From an uncultured Clostridia bacterium (GTDB lineage: Bacteria > Bacillota > Clostridia > TANB77 > CAG-508), in NCBI GenBank assembly GCA_934178555.1, contig CAKPQL010000002.1:23419-87418 (forward strand): a stretch of DNA of 64,000 bases. Direction: 5' to 3'. The translations under genes were made by a program, and so were the position numbers. The stretch's first letter is position 1; the number at the start of each line of letters is the position of its first letter. Below, piece after piece: positions 9,918-20,750 of this stretch. Under the pieces are notes generated by a model. The model ran no database searches. It saw only the letters and a program-made list of their open reading frames with translations, and was not told the DNA's origin.

Positions 9918-10148
9918 TTTCTTAAATGCAGTAAAATCAATACTTTATAGAAAAAGTTTAAGACTATAAAATCTTTATTATTTATCAAAAAATGAAAATA
10001 ACATTATTTTTTATGAAAGTGAAAGGTAAAAGCTGAAAATGAATATGAAAGGTTTAGAATAAAACAAGATAGAGAATATATTTCAAGTATGGATGAAATT
10101 TATTTAGAAGAAAGCAACAAATAGTAAGTTGTAAGGGAGATTAGAAAA

Positions 10149-10664
10149 GTGAAAATAAGTTTTTTTGTGATATTTATATTGGTAGGTTTAATATTGTTAA
10201 TTTTATCATTAATATTTAAGAATAAAGATAAAAAGATGGTTGAACAATGTACTCTAACAACAAAAGGGAAAGTTATAAAGTACACATTATGGAATAATAA
10301 TGGAGTACATTTTCCTATAGTAGAGTATATTGTTAACGATACTAAATATAATCAAAGACTTAAATACGGTTGGATTATAAATAAGTCATCATCTTTTAAT
10401 AGGATAAAAACTGAAGTAGAAAATGATGTTAAAGAAGGAAATTTAGTAATTAATAGTAATGTCCATATTTCTACCAATGCATTAAAAGAACATTTCCCTG
10501 TGGGGACAGAATTAGATGTTTTCTATAACCCACAGAATCCAGATAAAAGTTATGTAATGAGATTTGTAAAAAATCCAGCGGTAAAAGTTTTATTTTTTAT
10601 AGGATTATTATTTATTATTTTAGCATTTGTTGGACTTGTTTTTTTTGCCAAAATAGAAAAATAA
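10149..10664 (+). CDS. membrane protein, DUF3592-like architecture
   Basis: GTG start. N- and C-terminal TM helices flank a beta-rich domain. Family assignment is tentative. Confidence 0.45.
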   Translation: MKISFFVIFILVGLILLILSLIFKNKDKKMVEQCTLTTKGKVIKYTLWNNNGVHFPIVEYIVNDTKYNQRLKYGWIINKSSSFNRIKTEVENDVKEGNLVINSNVHISTNALKEHFPVGTELDVFYNPQNPDKSYVMRFVKNPAVKVLFFIGLLFIILAFVGLVFFAKIEK

Positions 10665-10882
10665 TATAAAGTATACGCAATAAACATTCAACCATTAAGA
10701 GTACTTATTATAAAGAAATTAAGCAAAAATAATACTAATGCAAGTAAAATTGACAAAAATTAGAACAAAAAGCAATAATGTATTCATATGGCTTTGCATT
10801 GTTTAATGGTATATCAAATTTTATAAATAAAATATATGTTAAAGAAGAAAAGAAGAGAAAGATAGAAGATAGGAGAATTCTA

Positions 10883-11407
10883 ATGAAAATATATTTAGTA
10901 AGACATGGGGAAGTAAACCATAATTTGTATAGGTTATATAGCAGAGAAGATGAAGATTTAAATGAAACAGGAATAAAACAAGCTGAAAAATTAAGAGAAA
11001 ATGTAAAGAATATTGAATATGATTTTATTATATCTTCTCCATTATTAAGAGCAAAACATACTGCTAATATTATTAATGTTGAGAATAAAGATATAGTAAT
11101 AGATTATAGACTTAAAGAACGAGATCCAGGTAGTTTAAATGGACAACCTATTGAAGTAACAAGTAGAGGAGAATATTGGAATTATTATACAAATATTCAA
11201 TATGGTACAAGTGAAAATATTAAAGAATTTTTTAATAGAGTTTATAATTTTTTAGATGAACTAAAAACGAAGGATTATAAAAATGTGTTAATAGTAGCTC
11301 ATAGTGGAGTATCAAAAGCATTTAGTGGTTATTTTAACGGAATAGATGATGGCAAATTCTTAAATAGAGGATTAAAGAATTGCCAGATAAAAGAGTATGA
11401 ATTATGA
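10883..11407 (+). CDS. histidine phosphatase (phosphoglycerate mutase) family protein
   Basis: N-terminal LVRHGE motif and a later AHSG motif. Start at MKIYLVRHGE after AGGAGA. Confidence 0.8.
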   Translation: MKIYLVRHGEVNHNLYRLYSREDEDLNETGIKQAEKLRENVKNIEYDFIISSPLLRAKHTANIINVENKDIVIDYRLKERDPGSLNGQPIEVTSRGEYWNYYTNIQYGTSENIKEFFNRVYNFLDELKTKDYKNVLIVAHSGVSKAFSGYFNGIDDGKFLNRGLKNCQIKEYEL

Positions 11408-11465
11408 AATTAACGAGTAAAGAAGTAAGAAATTTAATAGAAATAGAAAGATAGGATTGATATTT

Positions 11466-12107
11466 ATGAAAACAATTAAAAGCATAGACTTATGGACAGA
11501 ACAATATGAGAATCATTATGAATGTTTTAAAGGAGCTTTTGTTGATGGATTTGAAAGCAATAAAATTGCATTTGATGAGTATAAAATAATAAGAAATTGT
11601 AATTGTATAATAACTGTTAGTAATCAAAATATCAATATAAGTAATAAACATAATGCTATTGTTTTTTATAAAGACAAAAATCCTGTTAGATTAATGGTTA
11701 TAAATAAAAATACTGATATTAAAAAATGTATTGGTATAGCATTAGAACAATACTTTAATGAAGGTACATTACAAGATTTGTATGATAGTATAGGTATTAA
11801 ATGGACTAAAATAGATATGAATGAAGAAACTATATATAATAGAGTTGATAGTACAAAAGAAATTGATGTTGGTTCATGTGATAGGTGGAAACTTTTATAT
11901 AATATGTTAAAGGGTAGCTATACAGAAAGTGATACTCAATATGGTAATTTTAAAAGTGATAAGTATGAGTTTATTCCAGACTTATATATAAAATATGAAC
12001 TAAAAACAGATACTGAAATGTTTGAGATAGAGCATAAATGTGCTTTTATAAATACTATAAAAACGAGATTAATTCCTATACAAGAAAATTCAGTATTAAC
12101 TATGTAG
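11466..12107 (+). CDS. hypothetical protein
   Basis: ORF only; no motif recognised. Start uncertain (TTG at 11457 or ATG at 11466). Confidence 0.4.
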   Translation: MKTIKSIDLWTEQYENHYECFKGAFVDGFESNKIAFDEYKIIRNCNCIITVSNQNINISNKHNAIVFYKDKNPVRLMVINKNTDIKKCIGIALEQYFNEGTLQDLYDSIGIKWTKIDMNEETIYNRVDSTKEIDVGSCDRWKLLYNMLKGSYTESDTQYGNFKSDKYEFIPDLYIKYELKTDTEMFEIEHKCAFINTIKTRLIPIQENSVLTM

Positions 12108-12411
12108 AAGAATATCTTCACAAGGTGCTATAACAGAATTACTACCAAATTTTGCAATTATAATATTTGTATCATCACTGCTAGTTGTGTATAATGCGAG
12201 TTTCATAACATTACTAATATATTATATTTTAATGTGCTTTATAAAATCAAATCAAGGTTAAAATGAATGTGCCATTGCATAACCTTGACTTGATTTTGAA
12301 AGCGCATTATTTTTCAGTTAAACGGAATTGATTTTATAAAGACACAATAATATAATGATAGAATGAAAAGAAAGACAAAAGAAAATAATATATAAAAATA
12401 GGAGGTTATAT

Positions 12412-12969
12412 ATGGGAGAAAAAGAAAAAATGCTTGCAGGAGAGTTGTATGATGCAAATTATGATGAAGAATTATTAAAAGATAGATATAAAGCAAAAGA
12501 TATTTGTCAACAATTTAATAACTTAAAGCCATCAGATATAGCTGGAAAAGAAAAAATAATCAAAAGTTTATTTGCAAAAACAGGAAAGCAAATAATTGTT
12601 GAACAAAACTTTTGGTGTGATTATGGCTATAATATCTCTGTTGGAGAGAACTTTTATATGAACCATAATTGTGTTATATTAGATGGCGCAAAAGTAGAAT
12701 TTGGAAACGATGTCTTTATTGCACCTAATTGCGGTTTTTATACAGCAGGACATCCGTTAGATTTTGAAAAAAGAAATAAAGGGTTAGAATATGCAAAGCC
12801 AATAAAAATTGGTAATAATGTTTGGATTGGTGGAAATGTTATTGTACTTCCTGGAGTAACAATAGGAGATAATGTAGTAATAGGAGCTGGAAGTGTTGTA
12901 ACGAGAGATGTTCCGTCAAATGTAGTAGCAGTTGGAAATCCTTGTAAAGCTATAAAAAATTTAGATTAA
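12412..12969 (+). CDS. maa: maltose/galactoside O-acetyltransferase family (left-handed beta-helix)
   Basis: N-terminal MLAGELYDA... Mac domain and hexapeptide repeats (IGNNVWIGGNVIVLPGVTIGDNVVIGAGSVV). Confidence 0.85.
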   Translation: MGEKEKMLAGELYDANYDEELLKDRYKAKDICQQFNNLKPSDIAGKEKIIKSLFAKTGKQIIVEQNFWCDYGYNISVGENFYMNHNCVILDGAKVEFGNDVFIAPNCGFYTAGHPLDFEKRNKGLEYAKPIKIGNNVWIGGNVIVLPGVTIGDNVVIGAGSVVTRDVPSNVVAVGNPCKAIKNLD

Positions 12970-13185
12970 ATGGAGAATTTTAAAAAATGTATCGCCTTGA
13001 TATATTCATTTAGATTAAAGTTATTTAATTGTTCACAAAAAGTCATAAGGAACCTCCACATTTATAATATATCATAAAAATATAAAAAAGAAAATCGCCA
13101 AAAAAGCAATGAAACTTTGGCAAAATCAATACACTAGATATGAAGTTATGATAAAATAAAAAAATAGAAGGGAGGATGGGAAGTC

Positions 13186-14547
13186 GTGACAAAAGCAAAG
13201 ACATTATCAATATTATTTATATTTTGCTTATTAATTAGTTTAATATTTCCAATAACTAAAGTATATGCAGAAAGCGGAAATGAAGTAACATTAAATTTTG
13301 AAGGGGGAATAATTCATGATGGTTATGTAGAATATAGCAAAATAGGAAAATTACAATTATTCAAAGGTGATGATTTAGTTGTTGATATTTCAAATAATAT
13401 GGTAATTGATTTAAATGAAGCAGAGTACAAGTTTGTAATTGAAGAAATTGAAGACGCAAGTGTTTCTGCTGCTAATACACTTATAAAATTAAATATTAAT
13501 AATTGGTATTACCCTATTACAACAATAGTAGGTGAAGCTAAATCTACATTCAAATTGGAATCGGGTAAATTTAGTGGAACATTAGATGTTAAACTTGTAA
13601 GAACAATAACAGCTATTAATACAAAAGTTGAAAATGTTTGGGAAAATATAACATCAAAAGGTGTAATTGATTTGACTGATGGAAAAGAATATGTAATTGA
13701 TTTTTCTAAAAATGATGAGTTAACAGAAGGATTAAAATCATTTGCAGATTTAGATAAAACACTATATTATAAAAGAGACTATAATGGTTTATTATTAACA
13801 GACAACGAAAGTGAAGCTGTTATAAAGATAGTTGGAAATAGGTCAGAAAATAAAGCGATATTAACTGCAGTAAATGTTGGAACTAAAAAAAGTGAAGTTT
13901 TTAAAGGACTTCATACTAAATATACAGGTTCTGCATTGGATTGTGATAGCACTGATGGTGGCATTATATATGAAACAAGATTTGATTATTATACTAAATG
14001 TACTTATGAATTTACATTTCAATATGTAAAAGAAGAAACTGAAGTAAAAGAGTATAAGTTTATTGAAGGTGCTAACCAAACATACATAAAAGGTGAATCA
14101 AATAGTGCAAAATTTAGAATAGATGCAGATTATAGTTTATTTGAAAATGGTGGAAAAGTATATGTTGATGATATTTTAGTAGATAATAACAATTATAATT
14201 CTAAATCAGGTAGTACAATAATAACTTTACAAGATGCTTATTTAAAAACATTATCTGTTGGAGAACATACATTAAAAGTCGCTTTTTCAGATAATGGAGA
14301 AGCTATAACAAAATTTACAATAAAAGAAAAACAACAAGATACAAATATAGAAGATAATAAAAATACTGAAAATGAAGAAAAACAAGAAAATAATAATTTA
14401 ACCAACAATGATGTGAAAAAAGATAATACAATTGCCAATCCTAAAACAGGTGACAATGTAATGCTTTATATAGCAATAGCAAGTATGTCAGTATTAGGTT
14501 TAGGAGCAACAACAATAGTTATAAAAAAGAAAAATGAGCAAAAGTAA
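13186..14547 (+). CDS. cell-wall-anchored surface protein (sortase substrate-like)
   Basis: Signal peptide, then a C-terminal NPKTG motif, a hydrophobic helix and a KKKNEQK tail. GTG start after GGGAGG. Confidence 0.65.
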   Translation: MTKAKTLSILFIFCLLISLIFPITKVYAESGNEVTLNFEGGIIHDGYVEYSKIGKLQLFKGDDLVVDISNNMVIDLNEAEYKFVIEEIEDASVSAANTLIKLNINNWYYPITTIVGEAKSTFKLESGKFSGTLDVKLVRTITAINTKVENVWENITSKGVIDLTDGKEYVIDFSKNDELTEGLKSFADLDKTLYYKRDYNGLLLTDNESEAVIKIVGNRSENKAILTAVNVGTKKSEVFKGLHTKYTGSALDCDSTDGGIIYETRFDYYTKCTYEFTFQYVKEETEVKEYKFIEGANQTYIKGESNSAKFRIDADYSLFENGGKVYVDDILVDNNNYNSKSGSTIITLQDAYLKTLSVGEHTLKVAFSDNGEAITKFTIKEKQQDTNIEDNKNTENEEKQENNNLTNNDVKKDNTIANPKTGDNVMLYIAIASMSVLGLGATTIVIKKKNEQK

Positions 14548-14874
14548 ATATTACAGAAAGAGAGGACTAGATTTTTCTAGTTCTCTTAAAAAAATAAAAT
14601 AAAAAATAAAGAATAAGACAATGTTAATAAATTAATGCATTTTTATAACTTGGAAGATGTAAAACAAATATAATAGTAAAAGTCCTCTTGATAGAGGACT
14701 TTTGGTGTATAGCTAAATTATAACAGTTTAGCAAAGATAACGATTTGTTGTAAAATTATTGAATTTTGTGATATATTGTAAAAAAATAAAAATACTAATA
14801 TGCAATGTGATGAAACTTAAACTGATATGAAGAAAATAAAATTATAATATAAAAGAAAGAGGAAAAATAATATA

Positions 14875-15303
14875 ATGATATATACGAATTTAACTAAAAA
14901 AGCATTAATAATTTCATTTAATGCACACAAAAATCAAGTTGATAAATCAGGACTACCTTATATACATCATCCGCTTCATCTTGCCGAGCAAATGGATGAT
15001 GAATATTCAACCTGTGTAGCCCTACTACATGATGTTATTGAAGATACTAAAATAGCTTTAGAAGATATTAAAAATGAAGGTTTCCCAAGTGAAGTGGTGG
15101 AAGCTATATCTTATTTAACTCGAGATAAGAACGTAGATTATATGAGTTATGTAGCAAATATAAAAAATAATAAAATAGCAACAAAGGTTAAGATTGCTGA
15201 CTTAAACCATAATAGTGATTTGAGCAGATTAAATAAAGTTCTAGATAAAGATTTGAAAAGAGTAGAAAAATATAAATTAGCATTAGAATTATTACAAAAA
15301 TAA
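14875..15303 (+). CDS. HD-domain protein, RelA/SpoT hydrolase-domain-only ((p)ppGpp hydrolase-like)
   Basis: AHKNQVDKSGLPYIHHPLHLA ... ALLHDVIEDT, typical of the SpoT/RelA HD domain. 142 aa. Confidence 0.65.
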   Translation: MIYTNLTKKALIISFNAHKNQVDKSGLPYIHHPLHLAEQMDDEYSTCVALLHDVIEDTKIALEDIKNEGFPSEVVEAISYLTRDKNVDYMSYVANIKNNKIATKVKIADLNHNSDLSRLNKVLDKDLKRVEKYKLALELLQK

Positions 15304-15411
15304 ACATGAAGTATTCATATACCTACCAAGAAAAGGCTGAGATGTATATAAATATTTGGGCATATGAATTAGATAAAAAACTGATATTGCAAATTTGGAA
15401 GAGAGAATATT

Positions 15412-16251
15412 ATGATTAATATAAATGTAATTAATGAATCATTTGAGTTTTATAATATAAATGAAAAATATAAAAATAGATGTTATGAAGCTTTAAAAGC
15501 TATAAATAGTAACGAACGATTTATTGAATCATTCGAAAAAATCTACAAAATATTATATATAGAAGATTTTAAAAAAGTAAAAGAATTATGGAAAATTAAT
15601 GATATAGATATATTATTTTCTAATTCAATTAATCCATTTGTTACGAATTTAATGATTCTATCAGGATATGAAATACATAAAAGAAATATGGAAAAATATA
15701 AATTGGATATTCATCAAATTAATATCCAGAAAAGAAGAGTTAAAGAGTGCTTTGAAAATGATTTGACGGATAGAGGGTATAATGCTGTAAGAATTTCACA
15801 AATGCTATGGAGTGCTTATTTTATTAGAGGAAAGATAATAGAAGTAGGTAGTTTACAATTTGAATATGAAGATGACTCTACTATAAAAATACATATTCCT
15901 AAAAATACCGACTTTGATATTTTAAAAGTAAAAGAATCTATAGAAGCTTCAAAAACTGAACTTAAGAAAATATATGCTATGGATAGTTATGAATACATAT
16001 GTGATTCTTGGATTTTAAGTAATCAATTACATAGTATAATTGATAAAAATACCAATATATCAAAATTTTATGATTTATTTGAGGTTACAGATGGCGAAAA
16101 TTGTTTAGAGGATATATTAAACTTTGTGTTTAATATAAAAAAATGTGATAATTATTCTAATTTAGATGAAAAAACTTCTTTACAAAGAATAATAAAAAAA
16201 GAATTATTAAATAATAGTATTTTTTGTTTAGGAATGGGAATTTTAAAATAA
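15412..16251 (+). CDS. hypothetical protein (279 aa)
   Basis: ORF with a GAGAGA RBS. Weak resemblance to N-acyltransferase-associated domains, not verifiable here. Confidence 0.4.
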   Translation: MININVINESFEFYNINEKYKNRCYEALKAINSNERFIESFEKIYKILYIEDFKKVKELWKINDIDILFSNSINPFVTNLMILSGYEIHKRNMEKYKLDIHQINIQKRRVKECFENDLTDRGYNAVRISQMLWSAYFIRGKIIEVGSLQFEYEDDSTIKIHIPKNTDFDILKVKESIEASKTELKKIYAMDSYEYICDSWILSNQLHSIIDKNTNISKFYDLFEVTDGENCLEDILNFVFNIKKCDNYSNLDEKTSLQRIIKKELLNNSIFCLGMGILK

Positions 16252-16274
16252 AATTATAAGTAGAGGAGTGTACA

Positions 16275-16604
16275 ATGAAAAGAGAAGAAATTATAAAATA
16301 TTGTTTGGAATTACCAAATACTTATGAAGATTATCCTTTCCCGGATGATATGATTTCGGCTACAATAAAGCATAGTAGTAACAAAAAGTGGTTTACGCTA
16401 ATAATGAATGTTAATGATAAATTATATGTAAATGTGAAAACAAATCCTGATTATTCAGATATATTGAGGAATACATATAAATATATAATTCCAGCATATC
16501 ACATGAATAAAGAACATTGGAATACTATTATTGTAAGTGATGATGTTGATGAAGAGATTGTAAAAGAATTAATTAAACAAAGCTATGAATTGACAAAAAA
16601 ATAA
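16275..16604 (+). CDS. MmcQ/YjbR family DNA-binding protein
   Basis: 109 aa. The N-terminal CLELPNTYEDYPF and HMNKEHWNTI patterns are typical of YjbR. Confidence 0.7.
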   Translation: MKREEIIKYCLELPNTYEDYPFPDDMISATIKHSSNKKWFTLIMNVNDKLYVNVKTNPDYSDILRNTYKYIIPAYHMNKEHWNTIIVSDDVDEEIVKELIKQSYELTKK

Positions 16605-16676
16605 TTTATAAGGGATTAAATTTTATTATTAATTGGAAAAGTTAAATTTTGATAGGTAAATAGAGCACTTAAGAAG

Positions 16677-17066
16677 TCATTTGGCTATAGTGCATTCACG
16701 TAAATAGCCATCAATCTTATTTTCTTCTGCAAGTATGGCTGTATAATCTACATAGAATGTACCATTAGGAGAGACTTTTAAGGCTTCACCGGGCTCTGGT
16801 TTAGGGCCTAAAATTTTTTTTGATGGAATATAGTAAATTTTCTTTTCGTTATAATCAAAGCAAACAGCAAAATTGCCATCATTCTTTGCAAAAGTTAAGA
16901 GAGAATATGGGCGTAAAGAATAAAGCAATGTAGAAGAATGCAATTTTGTAAGATAATCTTGCAGTTCATGAATAAAAATATTTGCAATAGAATTATTTAT
17001 TCTATTATGAATGGGTTTGTCTAACTCTTGAAAGGCTTTATTAATCGTGTTAAAAAAGTCATACAA
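16677..17066 (-). CDS. hypothetical protein (129 aa)
   Basis: Minus-strand ORF with a GGAGGTG RBS. No family recognised. Confidence 0.45.
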   Translation of the reverse strand: MYDFFNTINKAFQELDKPIHNRINNSIANIFIHELQDYLTKLHSSTLLYSLRPYSLLTFAKNDGNFAVCFDYNEKKIYYIPSKKILGPKPEPGEALKVSPNGTFYVDYTAILAEENKIDGYLRECTIAK

Positions 17067-17254
17067 TATATATCACCTCCAAAACAATTTTATGGGAATA
17101 GTAAAGAAATAAAATTAAAGAACTTAATATATAGATAATTTAAAAAGTAAATATATTTTAAGTTGAATATGATTAAAAGTCAATGAAATTATAAAAAAAG
17201 TTGTAAAAAAATCACAAGATTATACTAGATATGTTATACTATAAACATTAGGGG

Positions 17255-18112
17255 ATGAGTATGTTGAAAAATGTAAGAAAGATAATAATTATTGTGATGT
17301 TAATGCTAATACTAGTTTTTACTACAAATGTAAATGCACATGGAGGTAATATTACTGGTTGGAAGGATAAAGAGTCTTCAAAAATTGTAGAATATAACGG
17401 AAAATATTATGGCTACCACAATCAAGATGGAGTTAGACATTATCATCAAGTTGAATGGGATGAAAAAGATAAAAAGTGGAATATAATAAATCCAGCAGTA
17501 TATTATGATGAAAACTTTAATGTTATAAATTCTGCCAGTGAAGCTAAAACAACAAAGGTAGAAGTGAAATATTATAAAAAAGTTGATGGAGATACTGCTA
17601 AATTTGAACTTAATGGAGAGATTATTACAGTCAGGTTTTTGGGGATAAATACACCAGAAACTGTAGATAAAAAAAGAGGAGAAGAGCCTTATGGAAAAGA
17701 AGCGAGCGAGTATACCAGCCAAAGACTAGAAAATGGCAATATGATAGAATTGGAATATGATGAAAATGCTTCAGCAAAGGATAAATATGATAGAGTTTTA
17801 GCATGGGTATGGGTAGATGATAGTTTATTGCAAGAAGAATTAGTAGAGAAAGGTTTAGCTGAAACATATATGTTACAAAATAATTATAAATATGCAGGAA
17901 CATTGCAATTGGCACAAGATAAAGCAAAAAATGAAAAAATAGGAATATGGAGTAATGAAATAGAAAGTACAAATAATATAGAAAATGAAAACAAATTAGA
18001 AATAGGTAAACAAGATACGAATGAGATTTATATATTTATAACAATAATAGTTTTGAGTATAGTAGCAATATTAGTTAAAAATAAATGTAAAATAAAAAAG
18101 AAGAAATCTTAA
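17255..18112 (+). CDS. thermonuclease (staphylococcal nuclease) family protein, membrane anchored
   Basis: Signal peptide, then SNase motifs (VDGDT..., RFLGINTPE, YGKEASEYT, DKYDRVLAWV), then a C-terminal TM plus basic tail. Confidence 0.8.
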   Translation: MSMLKNVRKIIIIVMLMLILVFTTNVNAHGGNITGWKDKESSKIVEYNGKYYGYHNQDGVRHYHQVEWDEKDKKWNIINPAVYYDENFNVINSASEAKTTKVEVKYYKKVDGDTAKFELNGEIITVRFLGINTPETVDKKRGEEPYGKEASEYTSQRLENGNMIELEYDENASAKDKYDRVLAWVWVDDSLLQEELVEKGLAETYMLQNNYKYAGTLQLAQDKAKNEKIGIWSNEIESTNNIENENKLEIGKQDTNEIYIFITIIVLSIVAILVKNKCKIKKKKS

Positions 18113-18236
18113 AAAATGAATACTAATTATATAAGTAAAAAACCAAATTTTGCAAAAAAAGTAAAAGTATGCTATAATAATATTAGTTTTGAAAACATAC
18201 AAATGAATTTGCTTAAGTAACAAAGGAGGTTTTTTT

Positions 18237-18938
18237 ATGGATGATATGAAAAAGGTAGATAAAAAAGAAAAATTTAAAAAGAGTATTATGGTTGTTGGAG
18301 CAACTGCTATAATGGCTACAACTGGTGTTGGAATGGCTAATTCAGATTATAATTTGTCAAAATTTGATGTAAATAATGACAAATATGTAGATTATATAGA
18401 TGGTTCTGAAAATGAAAAATTAGAAAGAATGATGAAATTAGATGAACAGATAAGTAGATATGAAGAATTATCTAATAAAAAATTTCCTAGCAAAGAAGAA
18501 AAAACAGAAATAAATAATATAAGAAGCTATCTAGAAAAAGAAATGTCTTCTGGATATTTGGCTGATTTTTATTTAAAAGATATATTAAAAGAAAAAATAA
18601 AAGAAGCGTATAATAGAGATACAAAAAATAAGATAAAGAGAATAGAGACAAGATGGGACTTGGAAGGCATTAGCATAAAAATGTATAACAAATATGATCA
18701 GTATACATCTATGGATGAAAAAGATAAAGTTGCACCAATAAAGAGTGCAATGGATGATATAGCAGCTTTGCAAGAGTATGAAAATAAAGAAGATTTTTCA
18801 AAAACTGATGTAAATAATTTCATAAGAATACATAAAAATATGAAGGGATTTAGCAATCTTAAATTTGTGAAGATAGAAGGAAAACCTTTATCATATGCAC
18901 AAATTGATTTGGATAAGGAAGAAGACTTAGGACGTTAA
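18237..18938 (+). CDS. hypothetical membrane-anchored protein
   Basis: AGGAGG RBS and an N-terminal TM. A 14-bp-stem terminator follows at about 18974-19024. Confidence 0.45.
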   Translation: MDDMKKVDKKEKFKKSIMVVGATAIMATTGVGMANSDYNLSKFDVNNDKYVDYIDGSENEKLERMMKLDEQISRYEELSNKKFPSKEEKTEINNIRSYLEKEMSSGYLADFYLKDILKEKIKEAYNRDTKNKIKRIETRWDLEGISIKMYNKYDQYTSMDEKDKVAPIKSAMDDIAALQEYENKEDFSKTDVNNFIRIHKNMKGFSNLKFVKIEGKPLSYAQIDLDKEEDLGR

Positions 18939-19151
18939 TGTATTAAAATTAAAAATTCGTATATAATGAAGAAAAATGATATAAAATGAAGAAATGATAT
19001 GATTTTATATCATTTTTTTTGTTTATTACTATTGCATTTATTTTTATTTATTGATATTATGTTAGTGAATTTTAAAATATGATGAAAAATTGTATTTATT
19101 AGAAAAATATGTTGAAATAATAAACGAAATTGAAAGGAATGTTTTTTTTAG

Positions 19152-19835
19152 ATGATAGAATTTAAAAATGTAAGCAAGACATATTCTACAGGAACAGAAG
19201 CGGTAAATAATGCTAATTTTAAAATAGAAAAGGGAGAGTTTGTATTTTTAGTAGGAAGTTCTGGATCAGGAAAGTCAACTTTAATAAAATTAATACTAAA
19301 AGAAGAAGAACCTACTAAAGGAAATATTATAATAAATGGAAAAGATACAACATTTTTAAAGCAAAATAGAGTACCATACTTGAGAAGAAGCATGGGCGTG
19401 GTTTTTCAAGATTTCAGGTTATTACCAGATAGAACAGTATATGATAATGTTGCATTTGCAATGTATATAGTTAAAGCAACGCCAAGACATATTCGTAGAC
19501 AAGTACCTATGATGCTATCTTTAGTTGGGTTAAGTGGAAAAGCAAAAATGTATCCAGATGAATTGTCTGGAGGAGAGCAACAAAGAGTAGCTTTAGCTAG
19601 AGCACTTGTAAATAACCCATCTATGATAATAGCAGACGAACCTACAGGAAATTTGGATCCAGATACTGCTTGGGAAATTATGACATTGTTAAATGAGATA
19701 AATATGAGAGGAACCACGGTAGTTGTTGCAACTCATGCAAAAGACATTGTTGATAGAATGAATAAAAGAGTTATTGAAATAAAATCTGGAAATATTGTAA
19801 GAGATGAAAAAGGTGGTTATAGTAGTGAAGTATAA
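19152..19835 (+). CDS. ftsE: cell division ATP-binding protein FtsE
   Basis: Walker A GSSGSGKST, signature LSGGEQQR, Walker B IIADEPTGNLD. Followed by ftsX. Confidence 0.9.
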   Translation: MIEFKNVSKTYSTGTEAVNNANFKIEKGEFVFLVGSSGSGKSTLIKLILKEEEPTKGNIIINGKDTTFLKQNRVPYLRRSMGVVFQDFRLLPDRTVYDNVAFAMYIVKATPRHIRRQVPMMLSLVGLSGKAKMYPDELSGGEQQRVALARALVNNPSMIIADEPTGNLDPDTAWEIMTLLNEINMRGTTVVVATHAKDIVDRMNKRVIEIKSGNIVRDEKGGYSSEV

Positions 19836-20739
19836 TGTTATTGGTTATTTAATTAGTGAAGGTTTTAAAAATGTAATGAAAAATAAAAAATCTACCTTAT
19901 CTTGCTTAGGGGTTATGTGTGCAACAATGCTTATATTTGGCGTGTTCTTTGCGATTGCTCAAAACATAAATCATATTGTAAATTCGGTAGAAGAAGCACA
20001 AGGAATGCAAATATTTGTTAATTCAAATGCGACAGAGGACCAAATAGTAAGTATAGAAGAACAGATAAAAAACATAAAAGTAGATGGAAAAGAAGCAATT
20101 AATAAGATTAGAAGAGTATCAAAACAAGAATCATATGATATAGTTAAAGAAAAATGGAAAGAACATCCTAGTGCAATGGATGCAATTACAGTTGATCAAT
20201 TTAAAGTATCTTTTGTAATAAATCTTACAGATTTAAGTTATAGTAGTGATGTAAAAACTCAAGCTAATGCAATAGATGGTGTTGTAAAAATAACAAGTAG
20301 TGATACTACAATAAGTACATTGATATCAATAGCAAACGGAATAAAACTATTTACTTTAGTTATACTAATTGTATTAGTGGTTGTTTCATTATTTATAATA
20401 TCAAATACAATAAAACTTTCTGTGCATGCGCGAAGAAAAGAGATATCTATAATGAAATATGTTGGAGCAACTAATAGTTTTATAAGAGCACCATTTGCAG
20501 TTGAAGGAGTTGTAATAGGATTAGTAGCAGGTCTTATATCTATATTAGTAATTTGTTTAGGATATAATGTGCTAGCAGAGAAATTTTTAGCATCTTCAAT
20601 TGCGCAACGTATAACAACAATAAGCTTGTTAAGCTTTGGCGAAATGGTAAACTTAATTATTATTGTATACATAGTATTAGGAGTTGGAATTGGAATATTG
20701 GGTAGTACAATTTCAATGAAAAAGTATTTGGATGTATAG
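19825..20739 (+). CDS. ftsX: cell division permease FtsX
   Basis: Four-TM FtsX topology. Start is either GTG at 19825 (after AAGGTGG) or ATG at 19804, both overlapping the ftsE end. Confidence 0.82.
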   Translation: MKYNVIGYLISEGFKNVMKNKKSTLSCLGVMCATMLIFGVFFAIAQNINHIVNSVEEAQGMQIFVNSNATEDQIVSIEEQIKNIKVDGKEAINKIRRVSKQESYDIVKEKWKEHPSAMDAITVDQFKVSFVINLTDLSYSSDVKTQANAIDGVVKITSSDTTISTLISIANGIKLFTLVILIVLVVVSLFIISNTIKLSVHARRKEISIMKYVGATNSFIRAPFAVEGVVIGLVAGLISILVICLGYNVLAEKFLASSIAQRITTISLLSFGEMVNLIIIVYIVLGVGIGILGSTISMKKYLDV

Positions 20740-20750
20740 GGAGAAGTTTA

